Shown piece after piece: positions 50,528 to 62,557 of a DNA stretch of 64,000 bases. The notes beneath the pieces are model-generated. The model saw nothing but the letters and a program-made list of their open reading frames with translations, was not told where the DNA came from and searched no databases. Every line of letters starts with the position of its first letter. Position 1 is the stretch's first letter. The position numbers and the translations under genes were made by a program. Source of the DNA: Psilocybe cubensis (taxonomy: Eukaryota); contig CM039004.1 in the NCBI GenBank assembly GCA_017499595.2, positions 3,410,001 through 3,474,000 of the forward strand. Reading direction: 5' to 3'.

Positions 50528-51280
50528 TGATGAGCCGTGGTCGGTTGCGCGCGCGGAAACGTTTCGAACACAAGTCCATTCTCCCACGATATGCCGTGTC
50601 ACATGTTCAATCTCCGACATTTCGCAAAGCACCCGCTCTGGCAATATCGCCCACACAAGCTTATCGTCGTGCACATAGAATGTTCAAGAAACAGTATGCC
50701 CCACCTATTCTCCCTTTTTATTGGCCTAGACTCGCGTACTGCACTGTTGAGTCAGCTATCGGCATCTTGGCACCGTTTCCCACGACTTTGATCGGACACT
50801 GACACCTCTTGACCTCCTCATCCTCCTGAGAAAACCAAGCGCCAAACACTCATTTCCTTTTCGTTCCACTTGAAACTTTGATATACCATTTCGTTCCATA
50901 TGCTACGCCTTCTAGAATTTTTATACATTTTTCTTGGCTGTTTCAGAGTTGCTATGGCTAGATTACTATAAATTCAGGTGTAGTAGCTAGCTAGAAAAAA
51001 AAACAACCCATTGGTTCGCTCCCCTCTTCTCGTTTACCATCTGATATTCATAACCTCTCGTATATATCGTTTCGCGCTCGAATTTCGTGTCGTTATCTCG
51101 CCCCAGAGTGGTTCGAAGTCCTTGAGTGGCTTACACTCTGTTACTAGTCAAATTGTGGTTAGAGGTCTTTGTGGAAGCGCATCTCGCCATTACGCACCTT
51201 CTACGAAGTGTTGGGTGTTTCCCAGTGGTCTCAACTTCTTTTGGTTCTGCTCCGCACCTCACACGCTCGTAGGCGTATCA
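50528..51280 (+). repeat. 5' LTR (~753 bp, TG...CA)
   Basis: Matches 57883-58083 over its first ~200 bp. Ends ..GTATCA followed by TTTTGGAGCCCACCGCGAGGG at the PBS position. The 3' boundary is inferred. Confidence 0.8.
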
Positions 51281-51494
51281 TTTTGGAGCCCACCGCGAGG
51301 GTGCTTCAATAACCATTGCAGCTTCAACCACAGCCCGTATTACTCGCTCACAAACGCTACGAGACGAGCTCATCTCGGCGTTCCAAAACCCCGACGATCT
51401 TACCGACGACTCTTTCTTTGTTGAGGTACCCGACGTCGACGCTACACACAACAATCTCCCTATCCTCACTTCCCCTCTCTTCACTTCTTCTCAA

Positions 51495-53879
51495 TTGCCC
51501 TCGCCACTTCATTCTCCATCGTCTTCGGTATTGTCCATTACTGCTTATTTTTCTGCACTCAATATCAACCCCAACATCTCCGTAACATCACCATCACCTC
51601 CAACCACCATGACCACTCGAATGCCTGCTCGTGGCGATCGCAGTGCGCCCACCTTCGACCACACTAAGCCTAGAGAGCTCAAGCGATACTTCTCCGAGCT
51701 GGAGTTCCTATTCTCAGCTGCAGCAGTCACCTTGGATGCGGAGAAAAAGCAACACACCACTCGTTATGTCAGTATTGAGGTCGCAGACATATGGGAAACC
51801 TTGCCAGAGTTCTCAGACCCCACCAAGACTTATGTGGACTTCAAGAAAGCCATTCAAGAGCTCTACCCAGCTGCGGATGAAGAATATAGGTACACTATGG
51901 CGGACATGGATTTGTTAATTGGAAATCGTCAGCGCTTAGGCATTCACTCACTCGGAGACCTAGCCGACTACCATTCGCAATTTCTGGCAATCACCAAATT
52001 CCTTATTTCGCGTCAACGCCTCTCAGAGATTGAGCAAAAGCGTGCTTACATTCGTGGTTTTCCTCCAGAGCTTTGGGCGAAGGTATCTCAACGTCTACAG
52101 CTCAAATTCCTTGACCATCTCCCCGACGAACCCTATGATATCTCAGACGTGCAAGCTGCAGCTCGTTTTGTGCTTCATGGCACACATTCTATCGCTTCTT
52201 CGCTTCCAGCAACCTCTGCAGGCTCGTCTCCAGCAATAGTCCCATTGGAAGGCATCGTCAAGACGGAGCAGCTTGGGTCTATCTTTACAGAGTTCACCAA
52301 GTCGATTCTTGAGGCTATCAATGCAACTTCACAACGCTCACGCTTCCCTGCGTCTTCTGATGCGACTCCTCGCGATGTGAAGTGTAATTTCTGTGGTCGG
52401 GATCACTATATTCGCAATTGCGAGTTAGTGGACGAATATATTCGTGCTGGCAAGGCTAAGCGCAATATTGAGGGAAAGGTAGTCTTACCTACAGGTGCTT
52501 TCGTTCCACGCGAGATTACTGGGTCTCTGTTGAAAGAGCGCATTGATGAATGGCACAGACGCAATCCTGGACAGCTAGCGGCAGCCACAGTCTCGTCCAA
52601 CATGCTTGGCGCAGTTCAGTGCAGTCCCAATGCTTCCAGTGCGTTGTCTCCACATCAAGCGGCTTATCAGTTCACAGCTGATGACCGCATCGCGCTGCTT
52701 GAAGCAGAACTCTTTAGTCTTCGTGCACGGCGCCCTGACTTCTCTCCTACTGTTCGCACCCGTGCCCAGAAGATACGCGACATGGAGCAGGCCGCAAACG
52801 ATGAAGCGCTGCGTGCGGATGCAGCTGGTACTCGTCCTAACCCGCCAGCATCAACACCGGATCCCCAAGAGTCTCAGAACGTTTCCAAGTCCACAAATCA
52901 AGCTGTTCCACCTCCTCCTCCATCTCAGCCTGAAAAAGAGCCAGATCACCCGTTTTGCAACGCCCGAGATGCAAATTATTTGCCACCGCTTCATCGCAAC
53001 CTTGCTGCGCAACCAAAAACCGTTCCAAAGAAGGCAGAGCCCGCGTACCGCACCGCTGCACCAATACAAGATGCAGAAGTCGTTTCTACCGTCTATAACC
53101 GCTCCCTTGATGCTCCAGTTACGCTCACGCAGCGGGAATTGCTCTCAATTGCCCCAGACATTCGTGCACATTACAAAGATGCGACTACTGCCAAGCGCAC
53201 ACCTACCACCGACTCTACACTCCAAACAAACATATTAGAGGGTCAACACATGCAACAGCGTACTCAAAAGGCTTACCAGTCCATGCCAGTCGCCGTTGCT
53301 CTCGCAGCAAGCCAACATCGCAGTCCTCCTGAAGGTGCAACCATTGTAGACGATCCTTTTGAGCAGTACTATCGCTCGCTGCGTCCAGGAGAAGAGCCCG
53401 ATCCGACTCGACTTGCTGTTGCTAAGGAATCTGCGGCGCTTCGTTCTATTTTTCCCATCGTAGACAACAACCTTAAGGTTGAATGCATCTTGGATCCCGG
53501 GAGCCAAATCATTGCAATGTCCGAGGAAGTCTGCCACGCGCTGTCTCTTATTTATGACCCCACAATCACGCTCAATATGCAGTCTGCAAATGGAACAGTT
53601 GATAAGTCATTAGGTCTCGCACGCAATGTCCCTTTCCGCATTGGGGATCTCACCTTGTATATGCAAGTTCACGTTATTCGTGCGCCTGCGTACGATATCT
53701 TGCTTGGCAGACCGTTTGACATCTTGACTGAGAGTGTTGTGCGCAATTTCCGCAATGAAGACCAGACAATTACTGTAGCAGACCCCAACTCGGGTCAGGT
53801 AGTCACTATACCCACTGTACCAAGAGGATCACCACGCTTTGCCTGTCGCCACTCGGATTTTCACGGAACGAGGATCTAG
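51495..53879 (+). CDS. gag: Gag-protease (likely start ATG 51609, MTTRMP)
   Basis: Zinc knuckle CNFCGRDHYIRNC; aspartic protease ILDPGSQI...DILLGRPF. Confidence 0.9.
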   Translation: MPSPLHSPSSSVLSITAYFSALNINPNISVTSPSPPTTMTTRMPARGDRSAPTFDHTKPRELKRYFSELEFLFSAAAVTLDAEKKQHTTRYVSIEVADIWETLPEFSDPTKTYVDFKKAIQELYPAADEEYRYTMADMDLLIGNRQRLGIHSLGDLADYHSQFLAITKFLISRQRLSEIEQKRAYIRGFPPELWAKVSQRLQLKFLDHLPDEPYDISDVQAAARFVLHGTHSIASSLPATSAGSSPAIVPLEGIVKTEQLGSIFTEFTKSILEAINATSQRSRFPASSDATPRDVKCNFCGRDHYIRNCELVDEYIRAGKAKRNIEGKVVLPTGAFVPREITGSLLKERIDEWHRRNPGQLAAATVSSNMLGAVQCSPNASSALSPHQAAYQFTADDRIALLEAELFSLRARRPDFSPTVRTRAQKIRDMEQAANDEALRADAAGTRPNPPASTPDPQESQNVSKSTNQAVPPPPPSQPEKEPDHPFCNARDANYLPPLHRNLAAQPKTVPKKAEPAYRTAAPIQDAEVVSTVYNRSLDAPVTLTQRELLSIAPDIRAHYKDATTAKRTPTTDSTLQTNILEGQHMQQRTQKAYQSMPVAVALAASQHRSPPEGATIVDDPFEQYYRSLRPGEEPDPTRLAVAKESAALRSIFPIVDNNLKVECILDPGSQIIAMSEEVCHALSLIYDPTITLNMQSANGTVDKSLGLARNVPFRIGDLTLYMQVHVIRAPAYDILLGRPFDILTESVVRNFRNEDQTITVADPNSGQVVTIPTVPRGSPRFACRHSDFHGTRI

Positions 53880-56800
53880 GAGTGTCTGCCAACCTCATAG
53901 CACTCAGGATACGCATCAAGGAAGGGCATATATTTCTTGAAGCGGTAGAACCTCTAGAGTCCTCGGATATTATCTCAGTTTCGTATTTTTCAGCCTGTGA
54001 TCTTGATATTCCCCCAATCTCTTCTGTCCTCAATTCCACAACCACTCAATCCTCTTCTATTTTGTTTACATCAGCTCTATCCAACCTCTGTCCAGCTAAC
54101 ATTCCTAACATGCCCACTCAATCCTTCCCATTGTGCTTTAATCTTCAACATTCATTACCTTTCCCATTAGAATCCGCTTCCTCAAATCTAGACCCCACTC
54201 CAGCAATATTTGCCGCCACCAAGAAGAAGTATAAGCCAGTATCAAAGAAGACGCGACCTATTTATGGAGAGCTTCCGGAGAAGTATCAAATTATCCGCAA
54301 TATTATTGGAGATCCTCTCGCCTCCTTACCATCCCTGAGCACCACACCTCCTCCATTTCAACCTATTGGGCGCTATACCGACGAGCGCATGAAGCTAGTT
54401 GATGCAGCACACTCTTCAAGCTTCCTGTGGCCGGCCGAGCGCGACCTCTTGCACCACTTCATGATGCTACATCAAGATGGCTTCGCATGGAATGATACCG
54501 AGCGTGGTCATTTCCGAGAAGACTTCTTTCCGCCCGTGGAAATTCCAGTCATTCCGCACAAACCCTGGATAGTCCGCAATCGACCCATTCCCCCTGGCAT
54601 CTATGACGAGCTCTGTCGCCTTCTGCAGAAGAAGCTCGATGCGGGAGTGCTTCAAAGATCTTGTGCGTCGTACCGAGGCGGCTGGTTTGCAGTTGTCAAG
54701 AAGGATGGGAAGTCTTTACGTATTGTGCAATCACTGGAGCCGCTCAACGCAGTCACCATTGCGCATTCGGGTGTTACTCCATTCACTGAACAGATTGCAG
54801 AGCAATTTGCAGCACTAGCATGCGTTGGACTATTGGATTTGTTTGTTGGATATGACGAGCGCGCCCTAGCAGAGTCTTCACGAGACTACACCACATTCCA
54901 AACGCCTTTCGGACCCCTTCGCCTCACTACACTCCCTATGGGGTGGACTAACTCTGTCCCTATATTCCACGACGACGTCACATACATTTTGCAGCCAGAA
55001 ATTCCTCACACCACTGTCCCATATATCGACGACGTCCCCATCAAAGGCCCACGTTCCCGCTATATACTTCCCTCTGGCAACTTTGAAACTATCCCGGAAA
55101 ATTCTGGAATACGACGCTTCGTTTGGGAGCACTTCCAAGGTCTTAATCGCGTAGTGCAACGCATGAAATACAGCGGAGGCACTTTCTCTGGCCCCAAATC
55201 GATTCTCTGTGCATCTGAAGTCACCATTCTAGGCCATCGATGCACATACGAAGGCCGTCTCCCGGATTTATCACGCGTCGCCGCTATTTCGAACTGGGGG
55301 CCATGCAAGGACCTTTCTGATGTCCGTTCCTTCCTTGGTACCATTGGAGTCTGTCGATTATTCATCCGTAACTTCGCACATCGAGCCCATCATCTCGTCA
55401 AGCTCACACGCAAAGGCCAGGACTTCGAGTGGACTCAAAATCAAGAACGCGCGCAGCAGGATCTTAAGGAGGCATTGTTAAAGTCACCTGCACTTCGTCC
55501 CATCAATTACACCTCCCCTGCACCTGTCATCGTCTCGGTTGACACTTCCACCATCGCAGTAGGTCACATCCTTGCTCAGTGCGACCCCAGCAACCCGCGC
55601 ATTCGATATTTCGCCCGTTTCGGATCCATAACGCTTAACGAACGCGAGGCGCGTTATTCTCAACCCAAACTCGAGCTGTACGGATTATTTCGTGCACTTC
55701 GCGCACTCAAACTGTATATTTTGGGTGTTCGCAACCTCGTAGTCGAGGTAGATGCGAAGTACATCAAAGGAATGTTGTCAAACCCCGATATTGCACCCTC
55801 AGCAACTATAAATCGATGGATATGTGCTATACTCATGTTCCACTTTGAACTAGTGCACGTACCAGGCGTTCTACACGGTCCAGATGGTCTTTCACGACGC
55901 AAGCCACAGCCTGGAGATGCACCCGAGCCTGAGGACGACTTTGAAGACTGGATCGACGAAATGCACGGTTTTATGCACATCTTAAACCCCATCCTTCCCG
56001 CCGCCTTGATACAGCCTCACATTGTAATCTTTGCTACTTCCACTACAGTTGAACCAGCCCCACCCATTCAGGAGTCTAGTGACTCGGCTCCATCGCCTCC
56101 CATTACTCCCAAGCCCTCGTACTCCATTATTCCACGCTCTGAACTCGCCCACAAAGCTGACAACCGCCTCTTTCAAGTCCGTATATGGCACCAAACCCTA
56201 CAACGTCCTGCCGACATGTCTGATAGTGAATATGCGTCTTTTATGCGATACTGCACCGAGTTCTTCATCTCTGCTGACCGCCTGTGGCGGAAGGATGCCA
56301 ATGGAAGACACAAGGTCGTTGTATTCGCTGAGAAGCGCTTATTTATTATTACAGCTGCGCATGATGATGTGGGACACCATGGGTATTATGCAACACATTC
56401 TCTGATTGCTGAACGCTTCTGGTGGCCATTCATGGGCTTTGACATTGGCTGGTTCGTTCGCACATGCCATATTTGCCAACTTCGACGCACTCATGACATT
56501 CTCATCCTTCCCACTGTCGCTATACCCGCACCACTCTTCTCCAAAGCGTATATGGACACGCTGCACCTCCCTCCGTCGGGTGGCTTCAAATATCTTATCC
56601 AAGCTCGTTGTTCAGTTTGCCACTTCCCTGAATACTGCCCACTTCGACGCGAGATTGCACAAACGATTGGCGAATGGATTATGCGTGATTTAGTATTCAG
56701 ATACGGACCTCTAGTGGAGATTGTGACGGATAACGGCCCCCCAATCGTCAAAGCGATAGAGTACATTGCTAAACGATATCACATCTATCACATTCGCGTC

Positions 56801-57559
56801 TCAGGCTACAATTCGCGTGCCAATGGAATCGTGGAGCGTGCACACTTTGACGTGCGGCAGGCTATCTTCAAGGTGACGGACGGCGATATATCTTTATGGA
56901 AACAGTTTATACACTTCGTCTTTTGGGCAGAACGTGTAACCGCAAGACGTCGCATGGGATGTTCGCCATATTTCGCTCTCATGGGCACTCAACCACTCAT
57001 TCCTCTTGATATCAGCGAAGCAACCTACCTTCTTCCGCCTCCCGAATCGGTTCTCTCCACCACTGAACTCATTGCTCGTCGTGCACTCGCTCTTTCGAAA
57101 CGGCAAGAAGACCTCCAACGCCTCTACTCTAAGGTGTATGAAGCACGTCGCAAGGCTGCTGTGCGCTTTGAAAGAGAGCATGCCCACCAGATCCGTAGCT
57201 ATGAATTCAAGCTCGGTGATCTTGTCCTCATCCGCAACACACGCATTGCAAAGTCACTTAATCGCAAGATGCGCACGCGATATTTAGGTCCTCTTATCGT
57301 CATCTCTCGCAATTGAGGTGGAGCTTATATTCTGTCCGAGCTCGACGGCACACTTCTTGATCGGCCTATTGCTGCATTCCGAGTTATTCCATATTTTGCT
57401 CGTCGAACTTTGGACTTGCCGCCTCTTGATGAATTACTCGATGTTTCGCAGCACCGCCTACATGAGCTTGAGGATACTTCAGCGCCCGACCCTGAGGACG
57501 TTGAGGACGTTGAGGATGCTGATGCCGACGAAGAAGACCCAGAGGAAGAGGAAGAGTAA
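53855..57559 (+). CDS. pol: Pol (RT, RNase H, integrase) in the -1 frame, with a premature stop at 57314-57316
   Basis: LDLFVGY, LPMGWTNS, YIDD, RNase H VDTS..YSQPKLELYG, integrase HDDVGH..CHIC, TDNG and NGIVERAH. The frame continues past the TGA (GGAYILSELDG..) to TAA at 57557-57559. Confidence 0.9.
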
Positions 57560-57868
57560 TGGCAGCCTTGATTTAAGTAGGGAGGAGTTCCCTGCCTCCA
57601 AACTACATTTCACTATTGGCCATGACCTTTTCACCGTTCCCTCATCACTTCCACATCCAGTGCTTCCCATCTATTTATTCCCAAAATCACCATAACCCCA
57701 ACTCACTTCAAAACATAAATCATGTCTTTCCTTTCTTTCCTAATCTATGTATTTGTCAACACCCCTTCCTATTTTGCCCTAATACATGCCAGTCCCATGC
57801 ATTCGACTCTCAGTACACATTCTATGAATATCCTTTACGATACAACTGACTGGGGACAGTCAGAAGTT

Positions 57869-57882
57869 AAGTAGGGAGGAGA
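57869..57882 (+). other. Polypurine tract
   Basis: AAGTAGGGAGGAGA immediately before the 3' LTR. Confidence 0.85.
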
Positions 57883-58083
57883 TGATGAGCCGTGGTCGGT
57901 TGCGCGCGCGGAAACGTTTCGAACACAAGTCCATTCTCCCACGATATGCCGTGTCACATGTTCAATCTCCGACATTTTGCAAAGCACCCGCTCTGGCAAT
58001 ATCGCCCACACAAGCTTATCGTCGTGCACATAGAATGTTCAAGAAACAGTATGCCCCACCTATTCTCCCTTTTTATTGGCCTA
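57883..58083 (+). repeat. Truncated 3' LTR (~200 bp)
   Basis: Matches the 5' LTR up to TTGGCCTA, then switches to the X terminus. Confidence 0.9.
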
Positions 58084-61000
58084 AGCTTATTCCCCCCCGA
58101 AGGGGGGGCCTTCGTTGCATTGGGTCTCCTGTGCAGAATTCCTGAAATCTGATGCCAGATTCGGATTCCTCGACCTTAAAAACCCCCAAATCCACTTTTA
58201 AAATATTTTATTTTGTACATACAGAGGTGCTATGTAATTAAATGTGTATTTTACCGAGGCCGGCCTCCAAATTGATGGAGGTCACTGGAGGCCGGCCTCC
58301 GTCTAAAAATAATTTTTGACAGGCACTGGAGGCCGGCCTCCGTCTAAAAATAAATTTTGACAGGCACTGGAGGCCGGCCTCCGTCTAAAAATAAACGCGT
58401 CGAGGCCACCTGAGGCCGGCCTCGATTCGTATGTGCGTCGTACGCGCGAGTGGAGGCGGACTCCAGCGTGGGTCCCAACCAGATAGGTCACGTGAGTATA
58501 CGCGCGTCGTTGTTTGTTCACTGCTCGTCGCCGCCTGTCGCTGCCCCCACCTTCGCTCGCTGCCCACAACGACACAGACATTGCTGCGTGTCGTTGCACC
58601 GCCACCCCTGCGCCTCTGCTGCCGCTGCCGCCGCCGCCGACTCCCCCACCCCGCCGCCGCCGCCTTAGCTCGCCGCCCACAACAACACGCAGCAGAGAAA
58701 GCGTTTGTGTTTGTTTGTGTTTGCTCACACTATCCCTACCTGCTGCGTATCGTTGCGCCACCGCCGCCGACGTTTGAATTCTCTCGTCAATTCATTCTCA
58801 GTCCTTTTTCCTTCTTTCTTGACGAATGTCTTAAGTCTGACTGACAGATGTCACAGCAGCTCTGTCCTTATTTGCAGTCTCCCTTTCCTTAATCAATCTC
58901 TCACGTTTGCACAACTCGCGGTGCGTGATTTTTATTGCAACTCAATCCCCTGTTTCGACTTGAGATGTGCATCAGCCATCCGCGTCAAGGTGCAGTCACA
59001 TATTCTCGACAGTCACTCACCTTTACATATACTAGGAATCAGCTCAATCCGAGTTGTCACTGGGCAACAAATGTACACAACTCACAAAGCAGCAGCGGCG
59101 GCGAGGTTGAAGAGAGTGATACAGTGCTGCATCGGGTATGACAGGTGGCCTGCGGTTGAGAAAACGTGGTACGTTAGCACCGTTCTGCTCATTGACACCG
59201 TTTCTGCTTACCTTCACTCCCTCTCCTCCTTTATGTTTACAGTAGGCAACAGGCGGCCTGCGATTGATAAACATGGTGCGTCAGCGCTGTTTCATTCATC
59301 AGGGGCGCCGCCTCTTACCTTCACGCCCTCCTCTATCTGTGCAGCCCGCAACGGCTGCGCTGCTGATGACACCCATGGTTCTGCTCACCTTGCTTCTCCA
59401 CGAAGTCGTCACAATTCCGCTCTCAAACGCGGCGCATACTTTGCTGGGCTCCTCTTGTCCAACACTGGCCGGAGCTGTATTGTTCAGTGAGTCCTTCTCC
59501 TATTGTCATCCAATTCAGACATGATGGACTCACCACTGTATTCCAGCCCTCTCAGGGCGGCACAGACACGACACTGGAATGAAGAAAAGAGGTGAGTGTG
59601 CTGCTTGGAACTGTCCAACCCGCATACTCACCTTGCCGCTTCAGGTAGGCACAAAACAACTCTCAAGCGCGGCACATGCTCTGTCAAGAGGTGAGTACTA
59701 TTCCTTTTTGTATCCAACGCGGTTGCTCACCTAGCTGTCCGCAGCGTCGCTCGTCGCCGGCTGGTTCAAAAACTCGGGTGGTTGGTGTACAGCTCAGAAG
59801 CGGGCACACATGTCTGCATGGAAGGTGTTGGAGACATCGTGCAGGAGGGAGGGTCAGCGTTGGGCAGTACGGCACAACGGCAAACTCACGTTCTTTACAT
59901 GAAGAGCGCATAGGATGGGCTGAAGAGATGTGAAGAGGGCATACCATGATGGCTCGCTGGCAGCCGAAATGCAATGGACGCTCTCTCTGACAGCTGGTCT
60001 ACAGCAACTCGCCGTCGGGCTGGATGGAGGGTCAGCCTTGGGCAGGACAATTACAATGGCAAACTCACGTTCTTTGCGTGCGTTTGCATGAAGAGCGCGT
60101 CGGATGGGCTGATGGAATATGGAGCGGGCATACCACGATGACGAGATGATTCGCTGGCAGCCGAAATGCGACGGGTCGGTTTACAACAACTCGCTGTCGG
60201 GCTGGATGGAGGGTCAGTGTTGGGCTGGACGTCACTACAGCACACTCACGTTCTTTGCGTGCGTTTGCATGGTCGCTGTGTGCTGTGGAACGTATCAGGT
60301 GGGTTGGAAGGATGCGGTTACTATCACGGCGGGATGATTTGCTGGCAGCAAGAGTGCGTCGGACGCGCCGTGTCGAGCTGCGGAGGTTGGTCGATGGGTG
60401 GTGGTTGTAGTGTCAAGACCACGAGGGCAGGAGGAGAGTAGAGGAGGAGAAAACCCAGGAGTGGGTTGATGTCAAACAAGTATTACCCACCTCGCTTTTA
60501 TACCACCCGTCTCATGTAACCCGTTACGTGTTTTTTTCCGCAATGCCAAAAAAATAGAACTATCTTCTATTCGACCGAAGGACAACGCAAATATACTGAA
60601 CGAAATGATGCCGACATGTGCTAGTATTGATGGGTTTTACAACTTCCGTTGTGTAAACGACATGTCGAGTTGAGGTCGCCGCTGTTCTCAGAACTGGAAT
60701 CGAGATTGTGGAGTGGTTGGTATGTTGTGCTTTTGAATTTATCATTTTGCAAGTTTACTCAATGTTTACGTTCATTGTAAGACACATATTCTGTGAGTTT
60801 TAATGCATTTTGTAATACATTGTTTCCGAGTATCTTGCTCGATGGTATGCAAGGTATCAATTCTTTTCTACAAAACCTATAATACTCGTACTATGCAATC
60901 CGCAGATATCGCATTTCTGTACGTATCCTCCAGGTTATATTCAAGCCAAGGATCCATCTTGACATGATTCTGACGTTCTGAGCTAGCGGGTGACATTACT

Positions 61001-61663
61001 CGCACTTGAATATGTTCTGGAATCGTTATGTTTCGGTGAACAACGAGGACCCGGAATGGGTTGTTTCAAACGGTGAGTTTTGTAAATCCATTTGCTCTTT
61101 GCAAATACCTGGGATTTGAAACCTTGGATGGTAAATTTTGGAAGGTGCAGAGCGTGTGGTAGATAGAATGCGGTGAGTATCGAGGCTTTATTTACAAGCA
61201 ATGTTGTTTCCGACACGTTCAAGGCCACCGGCGCTTAATATGTGTTGATTACAGATTTCAATGTACTTCGATTCCTGAAAGATTTGAAGGACTCGACTTT
61301 TCAGGAATTATTCATGAGGTCATTATACCCCTAATCAAAGTAGAACGCGGAGTAATGATGAATTAGGGCACGAGGAGAGCGTTTGCGCCATGGTTGACAT
61401 ACCATGCTACACTGGGGATACGTTGTAATAGAGGTGAAATGTTACCGTAAATCACCTCTTCAATATTCACATGGAGGTCATGGCACGTCTACATAACCAA
61501 AACGTTAGATAATAAATGTGGTACGTCAGAGTACTCACCTTGACATTGCTGTAAAGATATGGTTTCGGGAATACTCAAATCTAGCGACTCCTGAATCCCC
61601 AATGCACTAGTCCATTTCATTCAAAGCCAAAGAGTATGGACAGGCAAGACGAGATGTTTTGGT
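58081..61663. mobile_element. X module copy C, truncated and telomere-capped
   Basis: Near-identical to 31021-34603; ends at GATGTTTTGGT. Confidence 0.8.
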
Positions 61664-61712
61664 TTTGGTTTTTAGGGTTTAGGGTTTAGGGTTTAGGGTT
61701 TAGGGTTTAGGG
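61664..61712 (+). repeat. Telomeric repeats added at the break in X copy C
   Basis: TTTGGTT followed by (TTTAGGG)6. Confidence 0.93.
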
Positions 61713-61782
61713 TGGGAGCGAGCACCGAGCGAAGCGAGGTGCGAGCGACTAGTTTAAACTGTGAGTTTGAAATAGAAAGAAG

Positions 61783-61845
61783 GCCAGAGGGCTGTGGACT
61801 GTTGTCCACAACCAGCCCTTTCGTCTTTATAGACTCTTCAGTGGC
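61783..61845 (-). ncRNA. Type I hammerhead ribozyme (copy 4, variant loop III)
   Basis: Core conserved; the loop contains a TGTGGAC/GTCCACA hairpin. Confidence 0.85.
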
Positions 61846-62557
61846 TATTCTTAGAAGGAATGTTCTGGAACATCCGATGACAGCGCGTGAAGTGATGCTG
61901 CGCAGCTGTCATGTATCTTACCGACTATCACAAATCTGTCAATGTTTATTGTCAAGTTAGACAGATCTCTGATGAACAGAGTGTCACGGGTCGATGTGGC
62001 ACATGGTAACCTGTCAAAAGTGGATCCAACACTTTTGTTCTTTGACATCGTGGGTTATTGACTGTGATGTGAATCACATGGATATAAAATACTCTGGTTA
62101 CGTGGCTCCGAGTAACCGTGACATGGGAATATTCTCATGTCAAGAGTATAAATAGCTTACCTGGGTCCTTACCTAACAATCAATTGATTGATTGTTGTGA
62201 ATCTTAATTGGACAGTTCATGATCCGGTCCATCAAAAATGTTTCCACGGTACTAAGGAACTTTTCCCGAGGTACTAAGTAACTTTTCCCATGTACTAAAT
62301 TAGATCCGGCCCTTCACAATCACATGCCTTTCGGAAGTTCACACGCCTACCTTACTTCCTACTAAGGTTAGACTTAGTTAGCTTAGGGTTGGGGTTAGGT
62401 TAGGGCTTAGGGTTTAGGGTTTAGGGTTTAGGTTTAGGTTTAGCTATTTAATCCAATGTGTTGCTTGTAAGTAGATGTTTGTTACTTTATAGCAAGGAAT
62501 ACTTACGGTTAGGGTTTTTTTTCCTAATGCTTTACGCCTTACGCGCTAATATTCTTT

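Larger units (their letters stand above)
50528..58080 (+). mobile_element. Ty3/Gypsy LTR retrotransposon, 3' LTR truncated
   Basis: Order gag-PR-RT-RNase H-IN; both LTRs start TGATGAGCC (50528 and 57883); polypurine tract directly before the 3' LTR. Confidence 0.95.
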
